A stretch of 64,000 bases of DNA from an uncultured delta proteobacterium (lineage in GTDB: Bacteria; Myxococcota_A; Polyangia; Haliangiales; Haliangiaceae): positions 192,001 through 256,000 of the forward strand of contig CAVUQH010000004.1 of assembly GCA_963743525.1 (NCBI GenBank), in the 5' to 3' direction. This document shows, piece after piece, positions 1 through 9,290 of this stretch. How positions within the stretch are numbered: the first letter of the stretch is position 1; the number at the start of each line of letters is the position of its first letter. The position numbers were made by a program, and so were the translations under genes. The notes under the pieces were generated by a model. That model was given only the letters and a program-made list of their open reading frames with translations, was not told the DNA's origin and did no database searches.

Positions 1-1
1 G

Positions 2-1324
2 CTGGCGCTGTTCTACGCCCCGTTCGCGCTGCTGCTGTGGGCCGCATGCGCGGCCCTCGACGTACCGGCGGCGATCGCGGTCGGCGTGGTCGCACCGCTG
101 TGGGGATTGGTCATCCGCCTGGCGGTGCGCGTGCTGGTCGAGGCGGCCGCGTTGCGTCTCGACGGCCAGCTGGTGATCGGCGAGGCGACGGCCGACGATC
201 CGTGGCACGTAGCCGTGCGCGCCTACGTGCTCGGCTACGTCAAGCGCGCCGGTTGGCCGGCCGACGACGATCTTCTCGACGACGTGCTGTTCCTGCCCGG
301 CGAGGGCGACGACATCATTCTCTACGGTGGCGGGCTCGCCGCCGCGCGTATCGTCATCGGCCGGCCACTGCTCGAGCGCGCGCTGGCGCCGCAGGGCCGC
401 CCCCACGACTACGCCGCGCCGCGGGTGTCCAAGCTGCACTGGACCGAGTGGAACGCCGGGCTGGTGGTCCCGCTCGAGGTCGCCGCCAAGATCGCCACGC
501 GCGAAGACCGGCAACCGCGCGAAGGCGCGCTCGACGAAGGCGAGAGCGAGCACGTGGTGCTGGGCGAGCCGCGCACGCTGGCCGGCATCATCGAGCCGCG
601 TCCGCTGGATCCGCGCGATCACCACCGCCCGTGGGAAGACCCGGCGTGGCTCGATTACGACGCCGGCGAGGAATACGACGGCACCGACGCCAGCGACAAG
701 GACTTCCTGTTCGGCGCCATCGTCCGCGAGCTGGGTCGCATCCAGCGCCACGAAGATCGCGCGGCGACGCTGGGCCTGGTGGCGCGGCGCTGGCTGGCGC
801 GCCGGCCGGCGCTGGCGCGGGCATGGGAGCGGATCGCCGGACCGCTGCGCGCCGCCTTCAGTCGCTATCCGGCCGTGATCGGCGACGCCTTCGCCGCGCT
901 CAACTTTGCCCGCCATCATTTGATCCAGAACTTGGCGCGGCTCGCCTGGCACCGGGAAGAGCTGCTCACCGCCCGCGCCTACGCGCCCGAGCTCGAGCGC
1001 CGCACCGGCGAGATCCTGGCCGGCCTCGACGCCGACCAGACGCGCGAGCCGCGCACCGCCGGCGCCACGCCGCGCCGCCGCCTGACGTGGATGGGCGCCC
1101 AGTCCCATCGCCCGGTGAGCGACGCGCGATCGCTGCGTCGCCGCCGCATCGCCGTGGCCGGCGTCGTCGCCACCGCGCTGGGCGCGCTGATCGCCGGCGT
1201 CATACACGCAGTCGTCTACCACCCTACCTACGTCGAGCGCATGGCCGCGGAGCGCCAGCAGCTGGATCAGTCGAGCGCCCCGGCGCCCCCTACCCGAGGA
1301 CCTTCCGATGACCAAGGAAAGTAA
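2..1324 (+). CDS. 5'-truncated membrane protein, peptidase M48 (Ste24/HtpX)-like, zinc ligands lost
   Basis: Frame is open from the window edge. Motifs RIVIGRPLLE, GAIVRELGR (HExxH position), SRYPAVIGDAFAA and YHPTYVERM occur in M48 order. Confidence 0.6.
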   Translation: MALFYAPFALLLWAACAALDVPAAIAVGVVAPLWGLVIRLAVRVLVEAAALRLDGQLVIGEATADDPWHVAVRAYVLGYVKRAGWPADDDLLDDVLFLPGEGDDIILYGGGLAAARIVIGRPLLERALAPQGRPHDYAAPRVSKLHWTEWNAGLVVPLEVAAKIATREDRQPREGALDEGESEHVVLGEPRTLAGIIEPRPLDPRDHHRPWEDPAWLDYDAGEEYDGTDASDKDFLFGAIVRELGRIQRHEDRAATLGLVARRWLARRPALARAWERIAGPLRAAFSRYPAVIGDAFAALNFARHHLIQNLARLAWHREELLTARAYAPELERRTGEILAGLDADQTREPRTAGATPRRRLTWMGAQSHRPVSDARSLRRRRIAVAGVVATALGALIAGVIHAVVYHPTYVERMAAERQQLDQSSAPAPPTRGPSDDQGK

Positions 1325-2114
1325 GAGAGCGAGCTCGGCCGGCGCGCCCAAGCAAGCGCTGGCGATCAGCGAGGCGGCGGCCGGCGCCGGCGTGCTGGGC
1401 CTGCTGGGCTTCGCTGCCATCTTCGCGGTGGCGATGGTCTTCTTCGTCACCGAGAGCTACTTCCTGGCGATGACGCTGATCTCGCTGGCGCTGCTGGTCT
1501 ATGTCGCCGGATCGGAGTTCGGCAAGCTCTTGGTGTCGTCGCTGACGATCTTCTTCAGCAGCCGTCACCTGATCCGCAACGCCGTCTACTTGCAGGACAC
1601 GCTGGTCGAGCTGCGCAAGTTCCTCCACCTCAAGAAGGACGAGACCGGCTGGGTCAAGGTCGGGCCGATCGAGCCGGGCGCCAAGGCCAAGCTGCCGGAC
1701 AACCCGCTGGTGCGCGACATCCAGGCGGTGCTCAAGCGCGAGAAAGGCACCGAGTACGCCCAGTACCTGGCCCACCAGTACTACGTCGATTGCCGCGAGC
1801 TGTACGACCACTTCCACGCCCACCTCGAGTTCGTCGCCGGGGCGATGCCGCTGTTCGGTCTGATCGGCACCATCGTCGGCCTCATCGGAATGTTCGACTC
1901 GCTGGGCGCCAACACTTCGGTCGAGACGCTGTCGCCGCAGCTGGCGCTGGCGCTCAAGACCACGCTGTACGGCGCCATCCTCGCCTCGGTCTACACCATC
2001 ATCGCCTCGCGCTTCGACCAGCGGATCAAGGCGCTGGAGTACGACTACGAGATCCTCAGCCACGCGCTGGAAGTGCTGGTCGAGAACAAGGCGACCATCG
2101 AGGTCCAGGCGTGA
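1308..2114 (+). CDS. MotA/TolQ/ExbB proton channel family protein
   Basis: MPLFGLIGTIVGLIGMF...LALALKTTLYGAILA transmembrane pair; N-terminal hydrophobic helices. Confidence 0.9.
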   Translation: MTKESKRASSAGAPKQALAISEAAAGAGVLGLLGFAAIFAVAMVFFVTESYFLAMTLISLALLVYVAGSEFGKLLVSSLTIFFSSRHLIRNAVYLQDTLVELRKFLHLKKDETGWVKVGPIEPGAKAKLPDNPLVRDIQAVLKREKGTEYAQYLAHQYYVDCRELYDHFHAHLEFVAGAMPLFGLIGTIVGLIGMFDSLGANTSVETLSPQLALALKTTLYGAILASVYTIIASRFDQRIKALEYDYEILSHALEVLVENKATIEVQA

Positions 2115-2734
2115 GGCAGTTCCGCAAGTCGCCGCCGCGCAAGGCGGGCGCGTTCTGGCAGATCATCTACATGGATCTGATGACCACGATGATGGTCTTC
2201 TTCGTCATCCTGTGGTCGGTCGAGCGACGCCAGGCCGACGCGTCGAAGTCCGACAACACCGGCATCAGCAACACCTTCGGCAACGAGACCGTGCGCATGG
2301 TCAACCTGCCGGGCGACATTCTGTTCGGCTCGGGCAAGACCGAGCTGGGCGACGAAGGCCGGGCGGTGTTCGAGCGCCTGTTCGGCGACGACCCGGGCGC
2401 GGTGCTCAGCTTCGACCAGGGCGGCCTGGCCCAGCGCAAGCTGGTCATCCACGGCCACACCGACGACGTCGGCGACAAGGACGAGAACTTCATGCTCGGC
2501 TACCAGCGCGCGTTCGCCGTATATAAGGAGATACGCAAGTACGGCGGCGAGGTGCCCGACCACGTGGTCATCTGCACCCACGCCGACAACACGCCCGCGG
2601 TGCCGGTGCCGGTGGCGACCGGGCCGCTGACCGACGAGCAGAAGGAGGCGATCCGCCGGGCGCGGGCCAAGAACCGGCGCATCACCCTGGAGGATCAGAT
2701 CATCAGCAACGACGCGGAGGCCGGCGGCGAGTGA
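2111..2734 (+). CDS. MotB-family protein with OmpA-like peptidoglycan-binding domain
   Basis: GTG start overlaps the upstream stop (GTGA). WQIIYMDLMTTMMVFFVIL carries the conserved Asp; GHTDD, ENFMLGYQRA and NRRI OmpA-like motifs. Confidence 0.88.
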   Translation: MRQFRKSPPRKAGAFWQIIYMDLMTTMMVFFVILWSVERRQADASKSDNTGISNTFGNETVRMVNLPGDILFGSGKTELGDEGRAVFERLFGDDPGAVLSFDQGGLAQRKLVIHGHTDDVGDKDENFMLGYQRAFAVYKEIRKYGGEVPDHVVICTHADNTPAVPVPVATGPLTDEQKEAIRRARAKNRRITLEDQIISNDAEAGGE

Positions 2735-4344
2735 GGCCGATCGGCGCCAAGAGCCTGGCCGCGCTGGGCGTGGCCGGAGCGGCGGCCGGCCTGGCCGGCG
2801 CGCGCGGATTGCTGTCGGCCTCCTACCTGACCCGGCTGAGCGGCGCGTCCTGTTTCTTCGTCGGGCTGTTTGCCGCGGTGGCGGCGGCGCTGGTGGCGCG
2901 GGGCTGGCGCCCGGACCGGCCCAGCCGCGCGTCGGTGGCGATCCGCGGCGGCCGGCCGGTGATCGAATCCGCGACGGCGCCGCGCGAGCTGCCGCCAGTG
3001 CTGCAGCGGGCGCTGTTGTCGCTGGTGTTCGCCTGCATCGGCCTGGGCGCGTTCACCAACCAGGCCAGCGCCAGGCTGACCGCCCTGCCCGACACCCTGG
3101 GCACGCCGTCGAAGTCCGAGTACTGCATCGACGAGGCGCCGGAGGAGCAGGCCAGGCCCGCGGCGCCCGCGCCCGCGCCGGAGGTGCAGGGCTGCGCCCT
3201 GATCAAGCGCGCGTACGAGCTGGGCTACGCCAAGAGCCTGGGCGCGTGTGCCCCCAAGAAGGCAAAAGCGGCGGCCGCGCCGGAGAAGAAGCAGGCGCGC
3301 GCGCCGTGTGAGCTGCGCCAGCTCGACGAGCCGTTCCTGCACTACACCTGGCGCCTCTTGGCGCGGCGCGGCGACCAGCTGTCGGGGGTGGCGCCGGTCG
3401 ACTTCGTCCGCGGCGGCGTGCGCGACTTCCGCACCAAGCTGGGCTACGCGGACAGCCTGGTGGCGGCACAGGCGCAGGCGGTGGAAGCCACGGCCCACGC
3501 CTCGCACCACCTGTTCACCAATCTGCCGGCGCCGCACACGCAGTCGTGGATCGAGTCGCTGTTTTCGCCCGACGACTGCGCCGCGCGCTGGGCTGCGCTG
3601 CCGATCTGGCCGCAGGTCAGCGGCGATCACGCGCCGAGCCGACTGCTCGAGGACGTCTTCGGCCAGCTGTTGTTCGCCCACGACTTCGGCCCGACGCCGG
3701 GCAACTGCAACGAGCAGATCATTCACTGGGACATGCCCGCCGACGCCTGTGCGCAGCTGAGCAAAGACCCGACCGGCTTCCTCGCCGCCCACGGCGCCCT
3801 GGGCCCGGTCGAGGAGGTGCTGGCGCGGCGACAGAGCAAGCTGGAGATCCGCCGCATGGCCTCGGCGCTGAAGCGACCTGCGCCGGGCAACCCACCACCG
3901 CCGGCCGATCGCGTGGTCAGCCTGCAATGCTTCGTCGTCGATCCCGCCGGCGACGGCAAGGTGACGTCAACCGACGTCGTCATCGACGGCCAGACCATTC
4001 CCGTACGCGCGCTGCGGGCGCCCGAGCCGGTGCCCACTGGCGCCGGTCCGCTGGACGTCTACCAGCAGCTGGCGGCGCTCCTGGCCGGCGGCGGCTACAG
4101 CGGACCGACCGGTGAGACCGCGATCGAGAAGATCGGCCGCGAGCCGCCGCAGCCGGGATCACTGTCGCAGCCCGGCTTCCGTCTGGCCCGCATCGACGCG
4201 CTGGTCGGCGCCGACCCGTTCCTCGGCATCCGCTGGCCGCTCGACCGCCCCGACGTGGTCGAGGTCTATCCGTTCCGCGCCCACCTCGACGAGTTCGTCG
4301 CCGCCTTCCGCAGCCGCTACTACGCCCAGCGAGGTCGACTGTGA
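2731..4344 (+). CDS. Hypothetical membrane-anchored Cys-containing protein
   Basis: 537-aa ORF, GTGA coupling at both ends, about three N-terminal hydrophobic segments, high GC3. Confidence 0.75.
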   Translation: MRPIGAKSLAALGVAGAAAGLAGARGLLSASYLTRLSGASCFFVGLFAAVAAALVARGWRPDRPSRASVAIRGGRPVIESATAPRELPPVLQRALLSLVFACIGLGAFTNQASARLTALPDTLGTPSKSEYCIDEAPEEQARPAAPAPAPEVQGCALIKRAYELGYAKSLGACAPKKAKAAAAPEKKQARAPCELRQLDEPFLHYTWRLLARRGDQLSGVAPVDFVRGGVRDFRTKLGYADSLVAAQAQAVEATAHASHHLFTNLPAPHTQSWIESLFSPDDCAARWAALPIWPQVSGDHAPSRLLEDVFGQLLFAHDFGPTPGNCNEQIIHWDMPADACAQLSKDPTGFLAAHGALGPVEEVLARRQSKLEIRRMASALKRPAPGNPPPPADRVVSLQCFVVDPAGDGKVTSTDVVIDGQTIPVRALRAPEPVPTGAGPLDVYQQLAALLAGGGYSGPTGETAIEKIGREPPQPGSLSQPGFRLARIDALVGADPFLGIRWPLDRPDVVEVYPFRAHLDEFVAAFRSRYYAQRGRL

Positions 4345-4931
4345 GGCGCGCGCTGCTGATCGTCCTTTTGGCCGCGGCGGCACCGCGTCCGGCGACCGCG
4401 GGCGATGCTGTCTACGCGCGCGACGCCCGCCGCGCGTACATCGCCCAGACGCTGACCGACCTCCGCGCCATGACCGCCGAGGCGCGCGGCAGCCTCGAAC
4501 AGGCGCTCTACCTCGGCTCGCGCAAGAGCTGCCGCGCAGCTCAGGGCGACGCCCCGCTCGCCTGTCTGGTGCAGATGGCCGACACCGTCTGCGCCGCCCG
4601 CCCGGCCGCCGAGCAGGCCGCCTGCCGGCGGGTCGCCGACATCGTGGTCACCAACCAGCGCTCCGAGACCGAGCTGGTCAACGAGCAGACGCGGATCCAC
4701 CTGATGAACAGCAGCGCCAACTACCGCGCCGCCATGCACAAGACCCTGCGCCGGCGCTACGCCGAGCTGGCCGCCGAGCTGGTGCTCCAGCGCGGTGCCG
4801 CCGGTGACGACCGGTCGCTGGCCGCCGACATCGACGCGTTCTGTGCCGACCGGCGGCAGCCGCTGGCGTGGCAGCGCTGCGTCGCCGCGCTGGTGTGGTA
4901 CGCCGGCACCGACCCGGGAGACCAGCCGTGA
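4341..4931 (+). CDS. Hypothetical secreted protein with six Cys
   Basis: Signal-peptide-like N-terminus; GTGA coupling at both ends. Confidence 0.75.
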   Translation: MRRALLIVLLAAAAPRPATAGDAVYARDARRAYIAQTLTDLRAMTAEARGSLEQALYLGSRKSCRAAQGDAPLACLVQMADTVCAARPAAEQAACRRVADIVVTNQRSETELVNEQTRIHLMNSSANYRAAMHKTLRRRYAELAAELVLQRGAAGDDRSLAADIDAFCADRRQPLAWQRCVAALVWYAGTDPGDQP

Positions 4932-6151
4932 GCCGAGCACTGCGAGACCTGCTCCTCAGCGAGACCGACCGCCTCAAGGACGCCGGCCTGTACAAGCGCG
5001 AGGTCGTCTTCGCCCGCTCCGGAGGCATGGCGGCCGGCGGCATGATGGACGGCCGCCAGGGCTCGCAGGTCATCAACTACACGACCCACGACTATCTGGG
5101 TCTGTCCACCGATTCGCAGGTGCGGCAGGCGGCCATCGACGCCGCCGAGAAGTACGGCGTCGGGCTGTCGTCGCAGCGGGTGATGTGCGGGACCCTGCCG
5201 ATCCACAAAGAGCTGGAGGAGTGGCTGCAGGGGTTCCTCAAGGTCGAGGACGTGATCCTTTTCGGCTCCGGCTACCAGGCCAACGTCGGCGTCTTCTCGC
5301 CGCTGTTCGGCCAGCGCGACTGCATCATCTGCGACGCCGGCATCCACCCCAGCCTGGCCGACGGCGCCGTGCTGGCCGGCTCGCGCCTGGTGACCTTTCG
5401 CAACAACGATCCAGACGACCTCGAGGACATCCTCAAGCGCTCGCGCTGGGCCCGCTTCCGCGCGGTGGTGACCAACGGCGTCTTCCCGTTCAGCGGTCGG
5501 GTCGCCGACCTGCACGCCATCTGCGACCTGGCCGAGAAGTACGACGCCCTGGTGGTGGTCAACGACTGCCTGGGCATCGGCGTCCTCGGCGACCGCGGCC
5601 GCGGCACCGCCGAGCTGATGGGCGCCATCGACCGGGTCGACCTGGTCACCGGCACCTTCAGCAAGGCGCTCGGCGGCGCCTCCGGTGGTTTCGCCGCCGG
5701 CCGCGCCGAGATCATCGACTGGCTGCGGCAGAAGTCGCCGCCGTACATCTTCTCCGCCACCCTGGCGCCGCCGATGGCCGGCGCGGCGATGATGGCGCTG
5801 CAGATCCTGGAGAGCGGCGAGGCACCCCTGGAGGGCCTGCGCGAGAACATCCAGACTCTGCACCTGGGCCTGCTCGAGCGCGGCTTCCGGGTCATGGGCA
5901 GCCACCACCCGCTGCTGGCGGTCGACGTCGGCGAGTACGACGTGCTGCAGGAGATGGTCAACCACCTGTACGACGCCGGCATCTACGTCCACGGCCTCTG
6001 CTACCCGGTGGTCCCCGAGGGCGAGGCGCGTATTCGCATCATGGTCTCGGCGCTGCACTCCGCCTCGCACCTGCAGCGAACCTTGACCGCCTTCGAGCAG
6101 GCGCGCGAAGCCGCCGCCTTCGCCGGCGCGGCCAAGTCGATCTTCGAATAG
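4928..6151 (+). CDS. Alpha-oxoamine synthase family PLP enzyme (Kbl/BioF-like, divergent)
   Basis: [42 protein letters not shown] start overlaps the upstream stop. Confidence 0.88.
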   Translation: MSRALRDLLLSETDRLKDAGLYKREVVFARSGGMAAGGMMDGRQGSQVINYTTHDYLGLSTDSQVRQAAIDAAEKYGVGLSSQRVMCGTLPIHKELEEWLQGFLKVEDVILFGSGYQANVGVFSPLFGQRDCIICDAGIHPSLADGAVLAGSRLVTFRNNDPDDLEDILKRSRWARFRAVVTNGVFPFSGRVADLHAICDLAEKYDALVVVNDCLGIGVLGDRGRGTAELMGAIDRVDLVTGTFSKALGGASGGFAAGRAEIIDWLRQKSPPYIFSATLAPPMAGAAMMALQILESGEAPLEGLRENIQTLHLGLLERGFRVMGSHHPLLAVDVGEYDVLQEMVNHLYDAGIYVHGLCYPVVPEGEARIRIMVSALHSASHLQRTLTAFEQAREAAAFAGAAKSIFE

Positions 6152-8021
6152 TCAGGCGGCGCTGAGGTCGGCGTGCTGCTCGGCGGCCATGGCCACCAGC
6201 TCGTCGCCCGACAGCGTCTCGCGGGTGATCAGCTCCTCGGCTGCGCGACGCAGGAGCGGCTCGACCCGCGCCAGCAGCGCGCGCGCCCGCTCGTGGGCCT
6301 CGTCGATGAGCCGCCGCACCTCGCAGTCGATCTCGCGCGCGGTCTGCTCGCTGTAGTCGCCGCGCTGCGGGCGCAGCTGACTGTCGAGGAAGCTCTCTCG
6401 CGGCTCGCGCGCCAGGCTGACCTCGCCGAGCTTGTCGCTCATGCCGTACGACTCGACCATGCTGCGGGCGATGTCCGTGGCCTTGCGCAGATCGTCCGAG
6501 GCGCCGGTCGAACACCTCGCCGTAGATCAGCTCCTCGGCCACGCGCCCGCCGAGCAGCGTCGCGATCTTGCTCTCCAGCTCGGAGCGCGTCATCAGGAAC
6601 CGCTCCTCGGTCGGCAGCTGAATCGTGTAGCCCAGCGCCGAGATGCCGCGCGGGATGATCGAGATCTTCTGCACCCGATCCGTGCCCGGCACCATCAGCC
6701 CGACCAGCGCATGGCCGAGCTCGTGGTGGGCCACCCGCGCCTTCTCGTCGGGTGTCAGCACGCGGTTGCGTTTCTCCAGACCCGCGATCACCCGCTCGAC
6801 CGCTTCGCGCAGATCACTCAGCTCGATCGCCTCCTTGTCGGCGCGCACCGCCAGGAGTGCCGCCTCGTTGAGGATGTTGGCCAGATCGGCGCCGGCCATA
6901 CCCGGCGTCATCGCCGCGATCTCTTCCAGATCGTCCTCGTTGGCCAGCTTCACCTTGCGCGCGTGCACCTGGAGGATCGCCAGCCGCCCGGTGCGGTCGG
7001 GCCGGTCAACCAGGATGTGTCGGTCGAAGCGCCCGGCACGCAGCAACGCCTGGTCGAGGATCTCGGGCCGGTTGGTGGCCGCCATCAGCACCACGCCGAT
7101 GTGCGGATCGAAGCCGTCGAGCTCGACCAAGAGCTGGTTGAGGGTCTGCTCGCGCTCCTCGTGGGCCATCGGCCCGACCCCGCGCGCCTTGCCCAGGGCA
7201 TCCAGCTCGTCGATGAAGATGATGCACGGCGCCTTCTCCTTGGCCTCGGTGAACAGGTCGCGGACCCGCGCGGCGCCGACGCCGACGAACATCTCGACGA
7301 ACTCCGAGCCGCTGATGGAGAAGAACGGCACCCCGGCCTCGCCCGCCACCGCGCGCGCCAGCAGCGTCTTGCCGGTGCCCGGCGGACCGACGAGAAGAAT
7401 TCCCTTGGGCAGCTTGCCTCCCAGCCGCTCGAACTTCTCCGGCGTCTTGAGGAACTCGATCACCTCGGCCAGCTCGTCCTTGGCCTCCTCGACCCCGGCG
7501 ACGTCGTCGAACGTCACCTTGACGCCGGTCTCCACGTAGAGCTTGGCCTTGCTGCGTCCGACGGTACCCAGGCCGAGGCCGCCCAGGCCACCACCCGCGC
7601 CCCCGGCCATGCGCCGCCGGATCCACCAGAAGACCACCAGCGCCAGGCCAATCGGCAACAGCCAGGTCATCCACCAGCTCGAGTGCTCCTCCGTGCCGGT
7701 GACCTTGACCTTCTTGGCCTGCAGATCGTCGAGCAGCTTGGGATCGTCGACGCGCACGGTCGAGAACGCCTTCTTGCCTTTGATCTCCTTGTCGTAGTGA
7801 CCGTAGATCACCTGTTTGGACACGGTGACGTCCTTGATGTCGCCGGCTGCCACGTGATCGCGGAACTCACTGTAGGGAATCTGCGACTTCTGTCCGCATT
7901 GCCCCAGCACGACCTGAAGCGCGATGACGATGAACCAGAAGATGAGGATCCACTTCCACTGGATCAACCCACCACCGCCATTGCTCGGGCCGGGCTTCGG
8001 CACCGGTTTCTTGTCAGCCAT
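6152..8021 (-). CDS. ftsH: ATP-dependent zinc metalloprotease FtsH (+1 frameshift at ~6511, probably a sequencing error)
   Basis: [36 protein letters not shown] before ATG 8021. Removing one base restores [10 protein letters not shown]. Confidence 0.95.
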
Positions 8022-8161
8022 TACGGTCTCCTGCGCTGCATCCCGCGTACCACCACAGGTAGCAGCCGGGTCGCCACACCGCCCGAGGAGCTGCGCAAAA
8101 GCTGCGTCTATCGGCAATCGATTCGCACGAAACGCGGCAGCCGGCCGGGTATGCTCCGGGA

Positions 8162-9274
8162 ATGCCGGCGACGCTGCGAACGGTCGTGCTGATAGGAACC
8201 ATGACCGCCGCGACTGCGTGTCATCGCGCCACACCGGAGGCGAAGCCGCCACACGATGCAGCGCCGCAATCTGCCACGCCCGCCGACGCGGCGCGCGCGC
8301 AAATCGTCTCCGAGGAGGTGTCGATCCCCGTCGGCGATCGCAACGTGCCGGGGACGCTCACGCGCCCGGCTCGCGGCGACAAGCTGCCGGCGGTGTTGCT
8401 GCACGCCGGCAGCGGACCGACCGACCGCGACTGGAACAACCCGCTCATCCCCGGCACCAACGGCAGCGGCAAGCTGCTGGCCGAAGCGCTCGCTCGCCGC
8501 GGCATCGCCAGCCTCCGCTTCGACAAGATCGGCACGGGCAAGAACAAGAGCGTGCCGCCCAACCTCACCTGGGACACCTTCCTCGGCGACGCCTCGGCCG
8601 CGCTCGAGCGCCTGCGCAGCGATCCGCACGTCGATCCCGCGCACGTCTTCGTCGCCGGCCACAGCGAGGGCGGCCTGTACGCCATCGCCCTGGCCAACGC
8701 CCATCGCGGACAGCTCGCCGGCCTGCTGCTGTTGTCGGCGCCCGGCCGGACCATGCGCGACGTCATCCTCGCCCAGCTGACCGCGCAGTTCACCGCCGCC
8801 GGCATCACTGGCGACGCGCTGGAGAAACAGCTCGCGCCGATCCGACAGGCGTTCAAAGAGTTCCTCGCCGGCAAGAGCGTCGACCCCAAGAACGTCAGCG
8901 CCATCCCCGGCGTGCAGGACCTGATGACCGCCCTGTTCAACCCCACGGCGGCGGCGCTGGCCCGCACGCTGCTGGTCTTCGATCCCACCGCCGCCGTCGC
9001 CACTGTCGGCGTGCCGGTCTTCATCTACAACGGCGCCAAGGATATCCAGGTCAGCCCGACCGACGACGCCCAGGCGTTGGCCCGCGCGGCTCGCGCCGCC
9101 AAGCTGGACACCACCCTGTTCATCGCCCCCGAGGCCAACCACGTGCTCGAGCACGAGCCGCGGCCGCTGTCCGAAATCACCCCGATGACGGTCAACTACA
9201 ATGCCGCCGACCGCGTGCTCGACCCGGCCACCGTCAACGCCATCAGCCGCTGGATCCTCGCCCACGCCCACTGA
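8162..9274 (+). CDS. Alpha/beta hydrolase, exported/lipoprotein
   Basis: [19 protein letters not shown] nucleophile elbow, KDIQV, ANH. Confidence 0.88.
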   Translation: MPATLRTVVLIGTMTAATACHRATPEAKPPHDAAPQSATPADAARAQIVSEEVSIPVGDRNVPGTLTRPARGDKLPAVLLHAGSGPTDRDWNNPLIPGTNGSGKLLAEALARRGIASLRFDKIGTGKNKSVPPNLTWDTFLGDASAALERLRSDPHVDPAHVFVAGHSEGGLYAIALANAHRGQLAGLLLLSAPGRTMRDVILAQLTAQFTAAGITGDALEKQLAPIRQAFKEFLAGKSVDPKNVSAIPGVQDLMTALFNPTAAALARTLLVFDPTAAVATVGVPVFIYNGAKDIQVSPTDDAQALARAARAAKLDTTLFIAPEANHVLEHEPRPLSEITPMTVNYNAADRVLDPATVNAISRWILAHAH

Positions 9275-9290
9275 CGCGCCGCGCCCCGAC

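Noticed and set aside
1308..2734. Zorya ZorA/ZorB defence system
   Set aside because: The A subunit is only 268 aa with no long cytoplasmic tail, and no ZorC/D/E-like helicase or nuclease is adjacent in the visible sequence.
6152..8021. ftsH as a true pseudogene or programmed frameshift
   Set aside because: One inserted base, no slippery sequence and no other decay; it shares its context with other probable sequencing errors.
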